Shown: one piece after another, positions 22,931-37,144 of the stretch
How the letters are laid out: each line of letters starts with the position of its first letter
Numbering within the stretch: the first letter of the stretch is position 1
Assembly: GCA_905331295.1 (NCBI GenBank)
Contig: CAJNYD010000074.1
Coordinates: 1 to 64,000, forward strand
Length of the DNA stretch: 64,000 bases
From: Rotaria socialis
Taxonomy: Eukaryota
Direction of reading: 5' to 3'
Made by a program: the position numbers and the translations under genes
Notes under the pieces: model-generated
Told to the model about the DNA's origin: nothing
Database searches by the model: none
The model's input: only the letters and a program-made list of their open reading frames with translations

Positions 22931-25900
22931 ATGCATAATTCACGTCATGCCATTAATACAAAACAACTTCCCTATGATCCAAATCGTTTATTACCTGACG
23001 ATACAAATATTCTTATACTCGATGAAGATGGTAATCTTAGTCGACGTTCAACGGATAGTTTTCCGATATCATCAATAAATCGTCGTCAACAATATTCAAA
23101 TACTGAAATATCTGATGATGATAGAATGGAACCTGGCATGATGTCAACTGTTCGTGAAGATGAGCCTTATTCTGAAACAGCACCCATAGCAAATAATCTT
23201 GTTGCTGGAATACTTGATGCAGAAACAGTTACAAAACATATTTCAAAAATAGGTAAAATAGCTGATGCATCAAGTATTTCTTATTTAACATTGACACTAC
23301 CTGTAAGTGAATAAAATTAAGTTGAACTATTTATTAGAATATTTTTCATAGGGCTATGGATTACGTGATATATCAATTTTAAGTAACTATACTCATTTGC
23401 AAAGAATTGAATTACCATACAATAATATATCTGGTATGATCTTATACCGAAGCTTTGTCTAAGATTGTTTTGAATTATTTCTGTATAGATTTATCACCAT
23501 TGGATAATTTAAGTTATTTACTTGAACTTGATGTTTCAAATAATAAAATTCGCAAATTATTTGATTTCTGGCCACCGTGTAATTTAAAAGAAGCTGATTT
23601 TTCATTCAACCTTATTGAAGAAATAAAAAATGTTGACAATTTTCATTATTTACAAAAACTTATTCTCGATAGTATGCTAATTTTATTCGAGTAAACACAC
23701 ATTCGGTTATGTTTTTGTGTTCATATTCTAGACAATCAAATATCGAGAATCGAAGGTTTAAAGAATTGTTATCGTTTACAACATTTAAGTCTTGCTCATA
23801 ATCGTATTAGTCACATAGAAGAATTAGATGGTTTACCACTCAAATATTTAAATTTAGTAATATAAAAACGTTGACTTGTTTTCTCTTAGAAAAACTTCGT
23901 AAAAAATTTCTTTTCAGAGATCAAATCAAATTCGAAATATTGACAATCTTGATTCACTTCAATATTTACAACAACTCAATTTATCATGTAATCAATTGGA
24001 ATCTTTAACTGGTTTTCCTGAACGATTAAATTTTCTTGAAGTTCTCGATCTTGCCGATAATCAAGTGAGACAGTTTCGAGTCGAATAGAAATCGAAATAT
24101 TGTTGTTTTGATAAACTCTAGTTACATAATTTATCCGATATTGATCGCCTTAGCGAATTTCATCTTATACGAGATTTAAATTTGCGTGGAAATAAAATTA
24201 CTGAAATTGATGATTATCGTCTTTCGATTATATTTAAATTACAACATTTAACTGTACTTGATCGACGAAAAATCGATGCAGCTGAAAAGGTATTTATATT
24301 CAATATCTAAAAAAATATAGATGATTTTTAATATAATATAACTTTTCGAATTTAAGATTGAATCCAAACAAATGTTTAATCCATCATCGGAATATTTTGC
24401 ATCGAGAGATCATATGACAAACGTTGTTTTTTCATTTTTACAAGATCATCGAGTACAAGAGAGGTAAATGATTTAAATGCACAATCTTTATACGATTGCA
24501 ATTTAATACAATTTTAGTACTTTACCGAATATTGAAACACCATATCCAATGTTAATTCTCTCCGGCCCAGATGGTTGTGGTAGAATTGAATTAGCTCATC
24601 GACTTGTTGAAGAATTTAGTGAATTTTTCGGTTACGGGTAAATAAAGTATAGTGTTAGTTTTGCGCAAGAAATAATCGCATTTATCGATATGTAGTACTT
24701 AAATACTGTTAGAAAATTTTCGACACTAGTAACTTTCAAAAATTTTATTGATAGTTCAGAACTATGATTCTATATTGATTAAATTAAAATATACTACACG
24801 TTAACAATAGTTAATTTTAAATAACCTATCGCGAGAAAAACGCCTAGAGACTTTCTCACAGATAATCGGACGATGAAAAATTATTATTTTAGAATTTTAC
24901 ACACAGCACGTGAAAAACGTCCTAATGAAAAAGATCGTGTCGATTATGTATTTATCAAACAAGAACAATACGAAGAAGATGTTACTAAAGTTTGTTAAGA
25001 CTCATTGTTTTTTGAAACAGAGGAACTTTTGTTTTTGATGCAAATTTAGGGTGAATTTTTATGCTGCTATGAATATTATGGCGATTGGAATGGTCTTCAA
25101 CGCTCATCAATTGAAAATGTTGCACGAGAAGGTCTAGCATGCGTCATACAAATTGAACTTGAAGTATTGAATTTATTATTGAATTTTTTTGTTTTCGATA
25201 AATGAATATTTTATTTCAAAAATAAAAATAGGGTCTTTTATCAATAAAACAATCACATTTTGAACCACGTTGTGTACTTCTGTTACCAATGGATCAACAA
25301 ATACATAAACGTCGTTTACAATTACAAGGTTATGAAGAAGGTGAAATAGCTATGGCATTAAATCGTGTCGAACTTTATACTGAATATAATCGAACACATC
25401 CAGGTTTTTTTGATGCATTTATTTCAACAAGTATAAAACTATTTCAATTGTTTTCATTTCTCATAAATATCTTGTTTTCATTTTTTTTGTTTTCTAGATA
25501 GTCTTGAAGATGGTTATGAACAATTACGTGATCTTGTTATCAGTTATTTAGGTTTAGAAGATGATCGACTTGATGCACCACGACCTAATACATCCGATGA
25601 AATAAAACGTTTTGATGATTATGATATTCAACGATCAGGTTTGATCTATTTATGAAATCATTTCAATTTCTATTATCATCGGTATCTATACTTATATTTT
25701 AACAGATTCATTTTTACCGTCGACCAATGCAACAGGTTGTCGTAATTCATCTCATCCATCGGTTGATACGCCAATAATACCGGGAACCAATGGAACAAGT
25801 CAAAATATTCGATTGAAATTTGGTGGATCAGCACCACCAGCTATGATGTCAAACGATTTTACGCTTCGTTTATCAGCAAAATCACGTATAAAAGATTTAT

Positions 25901-26175
25901 TTGATGCTAAAACAGCTAATATTAAAAATCAACTTCGACGACAAATATCTCGAACGGTTCCAATTGCTACACGTAAAGATAATAGGAACGCAGTTGATGG
26001 TCGATCAAGTGACAATCGTGGAACAAAATCAGCACCAACCAATGATCCAACCAAGCATAGTCCTGATTCAAGTATTGATAATATACCAGATCAAGATGAT
26101 ATATTACTACTTGATCAAAATTCATACAATGATTTGCAAGGAGATGTCGAAGATAACATGTCAGTTCGAAGTTGA
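22931..26175 (+). CDS. LRGUK: Leucine-rich repeat and guanylate kinase domain-containing protein, multi-exon
   Basis: Several SDS22-type LRR exons (LLELDVSNNKI, LQHLSLAHNRI, LNLRGNKI), LRRcap DYRLSIIFKLQHLTVLD, then STLPNIETPYPMLILSGPDGCGRIELAHRL and GK-like ENVAREGLACVIQIELEG, FEPRCVLL. Confidence 0.88.
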
Positions 26176-29100
26176 ATTTATAGAAAATATATGGTCTCTA
26201 TTTTTGATTCATTCTTTTATATATATATATATATCTATATATTTGCGAATTTTATATATAAAGTTTTTTTTCCTCGATCATATTTGATGCTGTTGAATAT
26301 TCGAATGATTTGTGCTTATCTTAGAAAACTAAATTTATAGAGTTTCACTTTTTTTTACCAAAGTATCAGAGACGCAAGATTAAAATTCTTGTAAAAAATT
26401 ACAATATGGTCGATATATAAATGCTGCTCAAAATAAATAATTAGAAAATTGTTTTTTTTTGTATTGATTCGTTCAAAGACTATCTATATGAACTATTTTG
26501 GTGACTTACAATACCAGTTAGAGATACATATTCCGAACAAAAATGATTTGTTTATCGAATTAATATGTTTTGAATAAATAACTAAAAGTGGTTAGAAGAT
26601 GATTCAGTTCAATTGCTTTAACATAGTTTCAGAGAATCATAGTCATAAACTATTATTAAACTTTTTTTTGTCAGTATGGCTATAAAAGAGTGATGCAATA
26701 TGAACTTACACGACGGGTTATAACTTCAGACTTTTATCCACGTTACTACCATTCTTTTATTTTTTGTAAATGAGAGTTTTGAATAGAATAATGAATGAAA
26801 CTTTCAATGATTCGTTCATAGAGCTTTATTGTGAGTGACACGTATTTATTTGTATTCAGCCAATGAATTTTAATATTGTTGAAAAGAAACTTGTGATCCT
26901 ATTCGATCTGATCAGTGTTTAGTTGTAAGTTTATTTTCATCTATTGTAAGAAAAACACTCATGAATTCGTATCCATGTCACTATTTATTGACAGAATCTC
27001 TGTTTTTTAATTCATTATAAACGATTGATCATAGAAATATATATGAATTTTAAACATCGTTTATTCTCGGCAAGCTTAACTTGGAAGTCTGAGACATATA
27101 TCCTATCGTATTTCAAAGCGTATTTTTCCTCTATTGTATGTACATGTCATCTTTGACGATATAGCAATTGTGTTTTGTAGAGCGGCGGCGGTATGACATA
27201 TGTATTTTAAATGAGAATCAAAAAAGTTAGGTAAGCATTTAATGTTTGTCTTCATTTTGAGAAAGCGGATGACAGGAAGACAGAGAGTCGATTTCAAACG
27301 TTATATATCATACCGCAACTTATCCGTACGCGAAAATATTCAACATGTAAAATATATTATACAACAAAAACAAAAAAGGAGACTATAGCTGATCAAGAAA
27401 AATATCATAGAAGTGAATGTTCTATGAGAAACACGACTGTCATTCTATGTACTTTTCATTTTTCTTTCTTGCTTACAATCTTTGACCAATAAATATAATC
27501 AAATCATTTTTTTTCTGTCTGGAAGAAAATAAATGCTATTATCATTTCATTGGCCATTCTTTAGATTGTTTTTTTTTCCACATCGGAAACTCTTTCTACG
27601 TCAAATACAAGATTGATTATATGTCATAGAATCAAGATTTTTTTTTCTTCTTTTGTATGACTGAATTAATTGTATAATACAAGTTTCTTATCAATAGTTT
27701 TCTATGAACTGTAAAAAACAACAACAATAAAACTGACACTGAAACTTTTAATATTTATTCATGGTTGAATTAGAAAATCGTTTATTCAACGTGCACTAGT
27801 GCCAAAAGCAGAAATTCTATCTACGGCAAGGAAAGCAAAAAGAAAATAATCATCATATTAAATTATATTGAATCAATATGAATATTTCATGTAAACTAAA
27901 TGGAAGATTTGTTGTTTTCAATTAGTATTTTTTCTTTCTTTCTTTCGTAGTTATCGTTTTTCAAGTATTTATTCAATCGTATATGATTAAAAGCTTTTGA
28001 TAAATTATCGAAGAAGATTGTTCTGATTGCATCAAAATTTTCTAGAAGCTAACCACGTCAAACAATTAAACGATGAAATCATCTTATTTGTTTATCTGAT
28101 ACAATCGTTGACGAGTTACGTCTTTTTAGTTTTTATTCTGCGTATACTATAATGATTTTATTCAAACTGTTTATCTTGAGCTAATTCTATTGATATTTAG
28201 ATAATTTCATTTTTCTTTTTGAATTGGTTAGGACTTTTAGTTATCTTAGCTCAATATTCATCCATTAAGAAAAATATAAGCAACACGTCGTCTGTCTATT
28301 CTAATCTTTGAATAGGACAAATTGAGTGATAGTACAAGTGTATGGGAACACAATGCAAGCACTCTCATTGTAGTCGTTGTTATTCGTTGAGTGACTCGTC
28401 ACTTATCAATAGTATGTACTATTATTTTGTTATAAAACATCGACATGACTATGTCTTATCTTCTTATTCTATTACTTTTCGAACAATATTTGAATAAATA
28501 TAAGACTACATATACTGAGTACTTTTGTTTTGAAGAAAAATGCGAGACGATCTTGTTCAGTTTGACCTAATCATTGGATGTATATTTGCGATATTTACTT
28601 GCTAAACACCACACACAACATGTGTCCCTGCCGTGCCGCTCCATGTTCAGAAGATCAGCTTGTCCGATTAAAAAGAAAAGGAGGAGGTCAAGACAACAAA
28701 TCATACTAATTGATGATGACTATACATATGTGCAAGCATGTCTACTATTTTCACGTTTTTCTTTTATTAAACAAAGTTTAGTTTTCATAAATGCATTTCT
28801 CTTGTTTACAAATCATTTAATTCGACACACACATCTGTCCTCTATTTTGTTTAAAATGATGAACACATGACAGAAGAATATATCATCTTTAAACGGTCTA
28901 ATGAAAAAACTAGATCAATAAACAGAAATAAAAAAATATGTCGATAAAAGCAGCATTATTCTATGTACGTATATATCTAATTAGAATTTCAATACTCATC
29001 AGCATCTATTTTAGAGTTCATTCTTTTCTGTCTTTTTCTATTTTATATTTTCATGAGAACGTGTGCATGCGCTTTCGTAATATTATCTTTGTCGCCTTTT

Positions 29101-29286
29101 TCCTTTTTCTGCTTGCTTACTCTTTGTTTCAATACGGCCTCCTGCAGCCCACACATACATCAATATTAATATCCACACCCGAAAGGGAAGAGAACATAGA
29201 AAATTGCAATCCATCTCAATGCTTCAAATGGCACGTATCTGCTTTTTTTCTGTTGTTCTACTATTTTTGTAGACAAGCAAAATGCA

Positions 29287-29315
29287 AGAGGGAGAGAGAG
29301 AGAGAGAGAGAGAGA
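29287..29315 (+). repeat. (GA)n microsatellite upstream of the DMRT gene
   Basis: GAGAGA run about 300 bp upstream of the start codon. Confidence 0.85.
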
Positions 29316-29602
29316 AGAAAAAAGAGAATATAGAGAGAGATACTAATCGAGTGAGATATATTCTTTCGCTTTATACAATTGGCTGTAACCATCAGTGAGA
29401 ACCAATAGCAAACAGGAGCCAATAAGAAAGAGTATCGAGAAAAGTAATAAGGCAAAAAGAAAAAAAAAAGAACACAGCGAGCTAAAACGATACCAACATA
29501 TCGTTCTGGCTTCCCGTTGGAGAAAAGGGCAACTGACGAACTAATCATATATTCTTTTTCTTCATTTTTTCTGCTGTATCTAACCTTGTGTCGAATGCAC
29601 AT

Positions 29603-31042
29603 ATGAATATCGTCGGTATGATGTCAACGTCATCAGCGTCTAATGGAAATACTGTTCCATCAGTTTCTTATCAATTAGGTGAACAACGTGGTGTACGTCG
29701 TCCGAAATGCGCACGTTGTCGAAATCATGGAATGATATCATGGTTGAAAGGACACAAACGTCATTGCAAATTTCGTGATTGTGCCTGTGCCAAATGTATT
29801 CTTATTGCTGAACGACAACGTGTTATGGCTGCACAAGTGGCATTAAAACGACAACAAGCAAGTGAAGATGCCATCGCATTACGTGTGCGGTGTCTTTCGC
29901 CTTTCAATCAGTTACCAGTACGTAAAATTATTGATTTCAATACGAAAAGACAGAGGAAACAACAACAACAAAAAAATTTCTTTTTCTCTTATGATTATTT
30001 AGCCTGGACCAGTTTGGGGTGCAGTAACATCATCCAATGGTAGTCATGATGATGATGACGATGAAGGTAAATTTGATAGTTTGTAGAATTTTCATGCATA
30101 TATAATAAACTAAATGCCAACATTGCATGTTTGTGCATGTAGTTTCTTACATGAGAATATGTCAATAAGACGAAGAAGAGAAAACGTACGTGTTTAAGAG
30201 TCTAAACCGACAGAAAAAAAGTTAAAAAGAAAGAAAAAAGTGAGACTTATTAATTTATTGATTCAGGTGATCATGCTTCATCATCGAATTCTCCAAGAAA
30301 TGATCATGAATCAATTGTATCAGGATCTTCGCCAAAAACAGGTAGTAGCCCAACAAGTTCAACAAAACGAAGTGCTGATGATGGTACAACAACAACATCG
30401 AATACATCAGGTATACATTCGAATGAAGATTCATCAGGTTCAATAGCAGATGAACAACAAGCACATACAATATCACCACGCAGTAAAATTCGCCGACAAA
30501 ATATGTCTAATGTTGAAATACTTGAACGAGTTTTTCCTATGCAAAAACGTTCAGTATTAATGGCTGCTTTAACAACATGTCAAGGTGATTTAGCTAAAAC
30601 GATCGATCATTTTATAACACTAGGTGATAATGTTGTATCATTTCAAAATCAATTACAAAGTGATATAACATCGTCAGCAGCAGCAGCAGCCGCAGCCTCT
30701 ACAACAACAACAACAGCCATAACAAAATCCGCTTTTACACCAATAGCAACAACACCACTTCAAAATGGACCCTCATTTGATTTTCGTGCTCCCATGTTTT
30801 TTGCTTCTCAAACAAATAATCAAACTCAACGTGAAAATCATTTACCATTATTACCTCCGCCATTACCACCACTACATCCAACACATCAATTTGCTAATAT
30901 GTATCCACAACCTGCCAATTTCCTTCATCATTTTGCTCAGACACATCCAATAGCTTTAGCAGCTGCTTATGAAAAACTTATTAAACGACATCAACAAGAA
31001 GCAGCAGCAGCTGCCGCAGCCAATAAAATCGGCGATCGTTGA
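29603..31042 (+). CDS. dmrt93B: Doublesex/mab-3-related transcription factor, DMRT93B/DMRTA-like (DM + DMA domains), 3 exons
   Basis: DM domain [65 protein letters not shown] domain [34 protein letters not shown]. Exons about 29603-29918, 30003-30066, 30268-31042. Subfamily is less certain than family. Confidence 0.88.
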
Positions 31043-32391
31043 ACTTAACACCTTACCATAGTAACATACGTACACAAAAAAAAAAGACATAAATATACAT
31101 ATATATACATATACATACTATTGTTCGTGGTATTTTCTTGTTGTTTTTGTTTTAATGTCTCTTCTCTTCTTCTTTTTTTTTTCTGTCTCTGTATACGCAT
31201 ATTCATATTCACTTTTACAAAGAAAAAAAAACTATCTAGAATCTATCGAAATGAACTTTTCTTTTTTATATGATAAAATTTTCTAACAGCTTTCTATTAT
31301 TTATGCTAATTTTCTTAGGCTTTACTAAATGTAATTGATCGATCGATCGATCGATGATGATGGTGTCGCTATGCCGGATGTTTACCAGAAAAGGTTTTGT
31401 CGACATATAAAACAAACTTTTTTGTTCTTTTATGAATTAATGCTTTGCTTTCTCATAGATCGAATGGCGGCTACTTTTCTTTTGATGCATAAAGCTTCTT
31501 TCTTTTCTTTTTCTTCTCTGATATATTATAGCCCGGCAGTGCTGTTAGTTCATTAGTACGATTATTGTCTATATGTTGGTACAAACTGTTATCATTCATT
31601 GTCGTAAGTTTATTTATCCAATGAAAAAAACAGACGCATCTCAATTATCTATATTTAGCCTTTTAGTCGAAATTAGTTGACATCAATCTTCTTGACGATT
31701 TCTTTTTCTTCTTCTTGTAGTCGCGATCGATTCTTCGTTTATATCGAACGACATGATATTGTTGATAGTAATGATGATGATGATCTAATCGCATTAGTCT
31801 CACACTACGATTCCATCTATTTAATCAAGAATATGTGTTATGCGTGTGACATCAGACATCATGAGACATATTTGATTTCTAATAAACGTTTGTAAGCGAA
31901 CTAATCCGCTCGACTGTCATTTTAACACGAACGACAATAAGAACATAGAAATGTTTTGTTAATAAAAACAAAATGTTCGCTCGTCGAATATCAATTGATA
32001 AACATACTATCAATCAACTGAATACACTAATAAGATCAACCTATGTGATAGATGAATTCCGGAATTAATGGCAATAAAGTAAGACAAGCATTTTAAACAG
32101 GCCAATGAAAGAGCATGAAAGAAAAGAAGCAGCAGCAATGCTTTTTTTTGTTGCTTGTCGCTTTTTAAGAACGTATTAATGATGTGTCTGATTTCTTTGC
32201 AGTAACGACATTAACATGTTATTTACTAACTATTATTCAAATCAATCGGCATGATCTTGTCGAATAATGACGCATGCAAATTAAAATCTCTAGTAGATCC
32301 TATTTCTCTTTGCCAAGCTTAAAAGCCAGCAAATCTGATTCGATTGAAAATGATTGGTTGATGAGTATTTTTCTCTCTTCGGTTAATAGTT

Positions 32392-33204
32392 TTATTTATT
32401 TTCATTGCTTTTATTTTGATGATCGGGTTTTTCTAAATAAAATTTATTCAAGCTCTGGTTTTCGGTTATGGTATATAATTCTTGTTTATCTTGTTTCCAA
32501 CATTCATGATAAATATAAGCATCGAACAGATAGACAAAATCACCGAATATTTGTAATAAAAGTACACGGCTAGAGTTAATTATCTTTTCAGTTCTATAAA
32601 TATAATATGCTAATATTGTTGCGCATAGATAAATTAAATTGCCAATAATATTCAATACATGTGCCCATATATAAGCATTCTAAAAATAAAACTATGTCTA
32701 CATCTATTTATTTTCCTATTTTTTTTTCACCTGAAAATTACAACTATTTTTTGAAGTTTTTGCAGGTCGTCTTCGAAACACAATAATCCAACCAAGTAAC
32801 GTCAAAAAAGATTCCATTAAAAACGAAATAATACCAAATAGATTAAATAAAAACTTTTTTTCTATCACTTGAATTTTTTCAAAAACTAATATAGCACCAA
32901 TTAAATAGAAAATACTGCCAAGATTTTGAAAAATACATGCTACAAATTCAGATCGATATTGTACTGGTTGATCTTGATATTTTCGTAATTTTACAGCATA
33001 CATATACCAATCCATTGTATAGAGAATTGCGTCGATTACAAATACACTAGCAAGTATCATATAAATAATAGATGAAATCGTCGAATTGAATGACATGTAC
33101 ATATAACTAATTGTATCGATGATTAAATATCCTATCATACCAATGATATATACAATATTAGCCCAGTAACCACAAAGTAGAAATCGTGCAATCGTTGAAT
33201 GCAT
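32392..33204 (-). CDS. Uncharacterised 6-TM membrane protein, 253 aa, 2 exons
   Basis: Exons 33204-32731 and 32679-32392 join in frame across a GT-AG intron; six hydrophobic segments. Confidence 0.8.
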
Positions 33205-35388
33205 TCCGATAATATCATCAAGATAGAGGCACTTGTCAATATCACTATGTAAACAAGAACAATGCAGGCATATATTTATAGAAGATAAATTCGATAAGAA
33301 TAAATGGTTGTCAAGGAAAGAAATCTGCTATTTTTCTCAATCTTCAAAGTTGAAACATTCATTGTAGAAAAATAAAAATCAACCTTTTCTCGTGCTTTCT
33401 ATGATATATATATGTATATGGTAGATGTGTGTAGCAACTGGTTTCATATTCCGTTTATCACTAAGCCCTCTTTTAGATAAAAAGATTTTTTTTTGTGTCA
33501 CTAATTTCATATTTAAAACCATATGACATAAGTCAATAAAAGGATAGAAAAAAAATTGAAATAATCTTCACATTTAAATCGCGAACCAGTATAAACGTAT
33601 CGAAATGATTCTTTCGAAGTATCTAATATGTTACTTTTTGTATTTATGTGAGCATGATTATGGACTTAAATTCAGAATAATCTACGTTGAGAATTATTCT
33701 CACCACTCCACCGACTCTGTGTTACTATTTTCGATTGATCTTGACTTGGGTACTCCTAAAGTCGAAACGTTTTATAAGTGTAGAGGAAACTTTTCGATGT
33801 AGTTTTTCTGATTTCTTTGCCTTAAAAAAATATTTCCGAAATTTTAGAATGCAATTTCATTAAAACAAAATTATCAGAACAATTTGTATTTATTTCTTTT
33901 CTCCTATTTTGATGCAATGACATACCGTATTAGTTTCACTTATGAATCATTTTAATCGATTGTTTTTGTTTCATTTTCGTTCTAAATCAATCTGCCTTTG
34001 CTACAATAGCAAACAGACACACTTCGAACTACAGATGCATATGGTACATTTTCTTTTCGATATCACGAAATGTCAAGTACAAGAATCGGAATGAAGAAAA
34101 CCCATGCACAGCTGTCAAGATTTTAGCATAAAAATATTAACAATCAATTATTGAAGAACATCTTTCATCAGAGAAAAAATACAAGCAAATGATGATCACC
34201 ATCAGAGATTGAATGTAATCTGTGTGATCTTTAGCTTTTGAAATATTCTTTCTCGAAATAATTATCAAGTGAAACGAAGGAATCATATATTTCACAATTT
34301 TTTGTATGATAGATGGAGTTATAAGTTGTAGTTCTATACTATGTTATTTATTTGAGATAGTAATAAAAAATAGAAGCGTTTGTAAAATTTAATCTTCATG
34401 ATCTGGTCAAATTTTTGAAATCATCAAATAAATTATAAAATGATATAATAAGCATATCCGTCACTATGGTTGGTTCACACCAATAGCAATTGTGTCATCG
34501 CGAAGTAGTAGTTTGGTCCTTTTTTAGGAATTGATAAATGAGTAGTATTCATATTTCAGGAAGAATTTACGTGTCAAGTTTCTTGTACGACTTAGTAACG
34601 AAAGATTTTTTTATATATCCATCAAAAATCTTAGAAGCAAGATACGGTACGGAAGTTGTCTTACTTCTTTCTAGTATATTCTATTTATTTAATAAAATAA
34701 ACTGGAAGAGTTAATAGTTCTCTTGTATGAATATCAACAGCATCTGTTGATTTTTTTTAACTTGATCAAACTATGCGATATTTCCACTTTTTACCAACGG
34801 ATAAAAAACATGAAAAATCGTAGGATTGTAACAGAAAAGAAAAACATTGGGCACGTAGCTTATGTTATTATTCTATAGTATAGTAGCAGACAGTATATTT
34901 GAAGTAATAATAACTATTCAATAGAAGGTGCGCAATTCTTTTCTTTTTGTCTCAGTTAAACAATATATTTAATCCTCATGTATTCATTTCTTTTTCTAGA
35001 TCAACTTCGCCAATTTTTTTTATTTTATTTTCATATCCCATGTGGTATCAATTTAGTCGTCATGCATTATAGTTCTGAAGTATATACTCAATGAAAAATA
35101 CCAAGTAAATAATAATTTTCATTCTTTTCCTAATTGGGCCAATACAACGAAGTCAATAGCATTGAAGGATTTTTTCTTTTTAAAATCTACTAAGTAAACA
35201 ATGGCCATGACACGAAACAGAACGATTCAATGACAAATAATGCAAGAAAAAAACTTGCATGGCCTTGTGTACATACGGTGGTTGGTGTAGAGGAAAAAAA
35301 CATAAAGGAGCTTGATCGACATTGATTTTTTTTCGAATCGAATAAAAAACAGAACAGCATTACATTATGAAAAATATCCGTTTTGCAC

Positions 35389-37144
35389 ATGTTATTCAAA
35401 CGTAAGAATGTCATAATGGATGAACAGTGAGTGACTCAATTTAATAAATAAAGAGTACTCTTTTTTAATATAAGATATAGAACCTTTTACTCAGTTATGA
35501 ACGATTTTTTTCTATTTTATTTGTCTGTATAGAGGTCATTCCCATCATCAAACATATTCTATTTACGGAAATCATTTATCAAGATCTCGTTGGTTAAGTA
35601 TGAAATCACAAGAATTCTTCGAGCACAGATTTATTATCCCCATCGTGACAGTCATACGTCTTATAACAATAATTCCTTACAAATGTGCCGTACGTAGTTT
35701 GTCAAACGTTGATAGCCGAAAGTTTCCATTTCTATTTATGCCTAGATGACAGTATTGCGATCTATTATTGATTTAGGCAATTTTAACTCTTGCAGTCATT
35801 CGAATGGAAAAGGTATATATGAAATATAGTCGATGATTATAATAACTTGTGATTAATTTTGTTTTTCTTGTAGAACATTACAGCTGTGAATATGGTTCAG
35901 TTAAATATTATATCTATTGTGGTATCGGTGGAATGATAAGTTGTGGTATAACACATACAGCATTAGTTCCATTGGTATGTTATTTGTTTTCATACATTGA
36001 TAAAGATTCTTATTTCGATTATAGGATCTTATTAAATGTCGTTTACAAGTAAAACCTCAAAAATATGTGAATCTCATTAATGCCTTTAAAGTAACGATTG
36101 CGTATGTTTCTACAATTCTCTCTAACTTTTTGTTTTTATAAATAAAACATTTTTATGATTCATTTAGTGAAGAAGGAATCTTTGGTTTAACTAAAGGTTG
36201 GGCACCAACGTTAATTGGTTATTCTTTGCAAGGCCTAGGAAAATTTGGTTTTTATGAAATATTTAAAAATTTCTATGGCGGACTACTTGGCGAAGAAAAT
36301 TCTTATACCTATAGAACCACACTTTATTTATTAGCAAGTGCTTCAGCAGAAATTTTTGCTGATGTAGCCTTAGCACCATGGGAAGCAACGAAAGTACGAA
36401 TGCAAACGCAAGATAATTGGGCTTCGTCTTTGAGGCAAGGTTTGCCCAAACTTTATGGTAAGAATATTGCTAATGTTTTTTTTTGCGTTGTTTCAGTTTC
36501 CCTTTCTGTTTATAGCTGAAGAAGGACTATGGGGGTAAGATGAATATATTTTGCACTGTATTTTGAGATAGAAAAAGAACAACACATTATACGTTTCTTT
36601 TCCATAGTTTTTATAAAGGTATTGTACCATTATGGCTTCGTCAAATTCCATATACAATGATGAAATTTGCATGCTTTGAGCGAACTATTGAAGCACTTTA
36701 CAAATATGTTATACCTAAGCCACGCGAACAATGTACAAAAAGTGAACAACTAGGTGTCACATTCATTGCTGGTTATATAGCTGGTATATTCTGTGCTATT
36801 GTTAGTCATCCAGCTGATACAATTGTATCGAAATTAAATAATGAAAAGGGTCTTAGTTTATTTGATGCCATACGACGTGTTGGATTTGCCGGTAAGTTTC
36901 AATGTTGATTGGTTGGTAATGAAAATTGTTTTATTACGATTTAGGTTTATGGAAAGGACTTGGTCCACGTATTTTCATGATAGGTACATTAACAGCTTTA
37001 CAATGGTTTATTTATGATACAGTTAAAGTTATTCTTGCATTACCAAGACCACCGCCTCCACAACCTCCACTTACATTACAAAGACGATATGGTTTGAATG
37101 GGGATAAAGAACCTTTAATACGTGATTTGATTGTGAAAACTTGA
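35389..37144 (+). CDS. SLC25A3: Mitochondrial phosphate carrier (SLC25A3/PiC family), multi-exon; 5' exons tentative
   Basis: YSCEYGS...[120 protein letters not shown]. Confidence 0.93.

Noticed and set aside
27188..27316. 13-bp inverted repeat GCGGTATGA(C/T)ATA
   Set aside because: Too short and without a TSD; could be chance.
28574..29602. ORFs of 98-131 aa upstream of DMRT
   Set aside because: Low-complexity F/L/I/K-rich translations crossing a microsatellite; non-coding composition.
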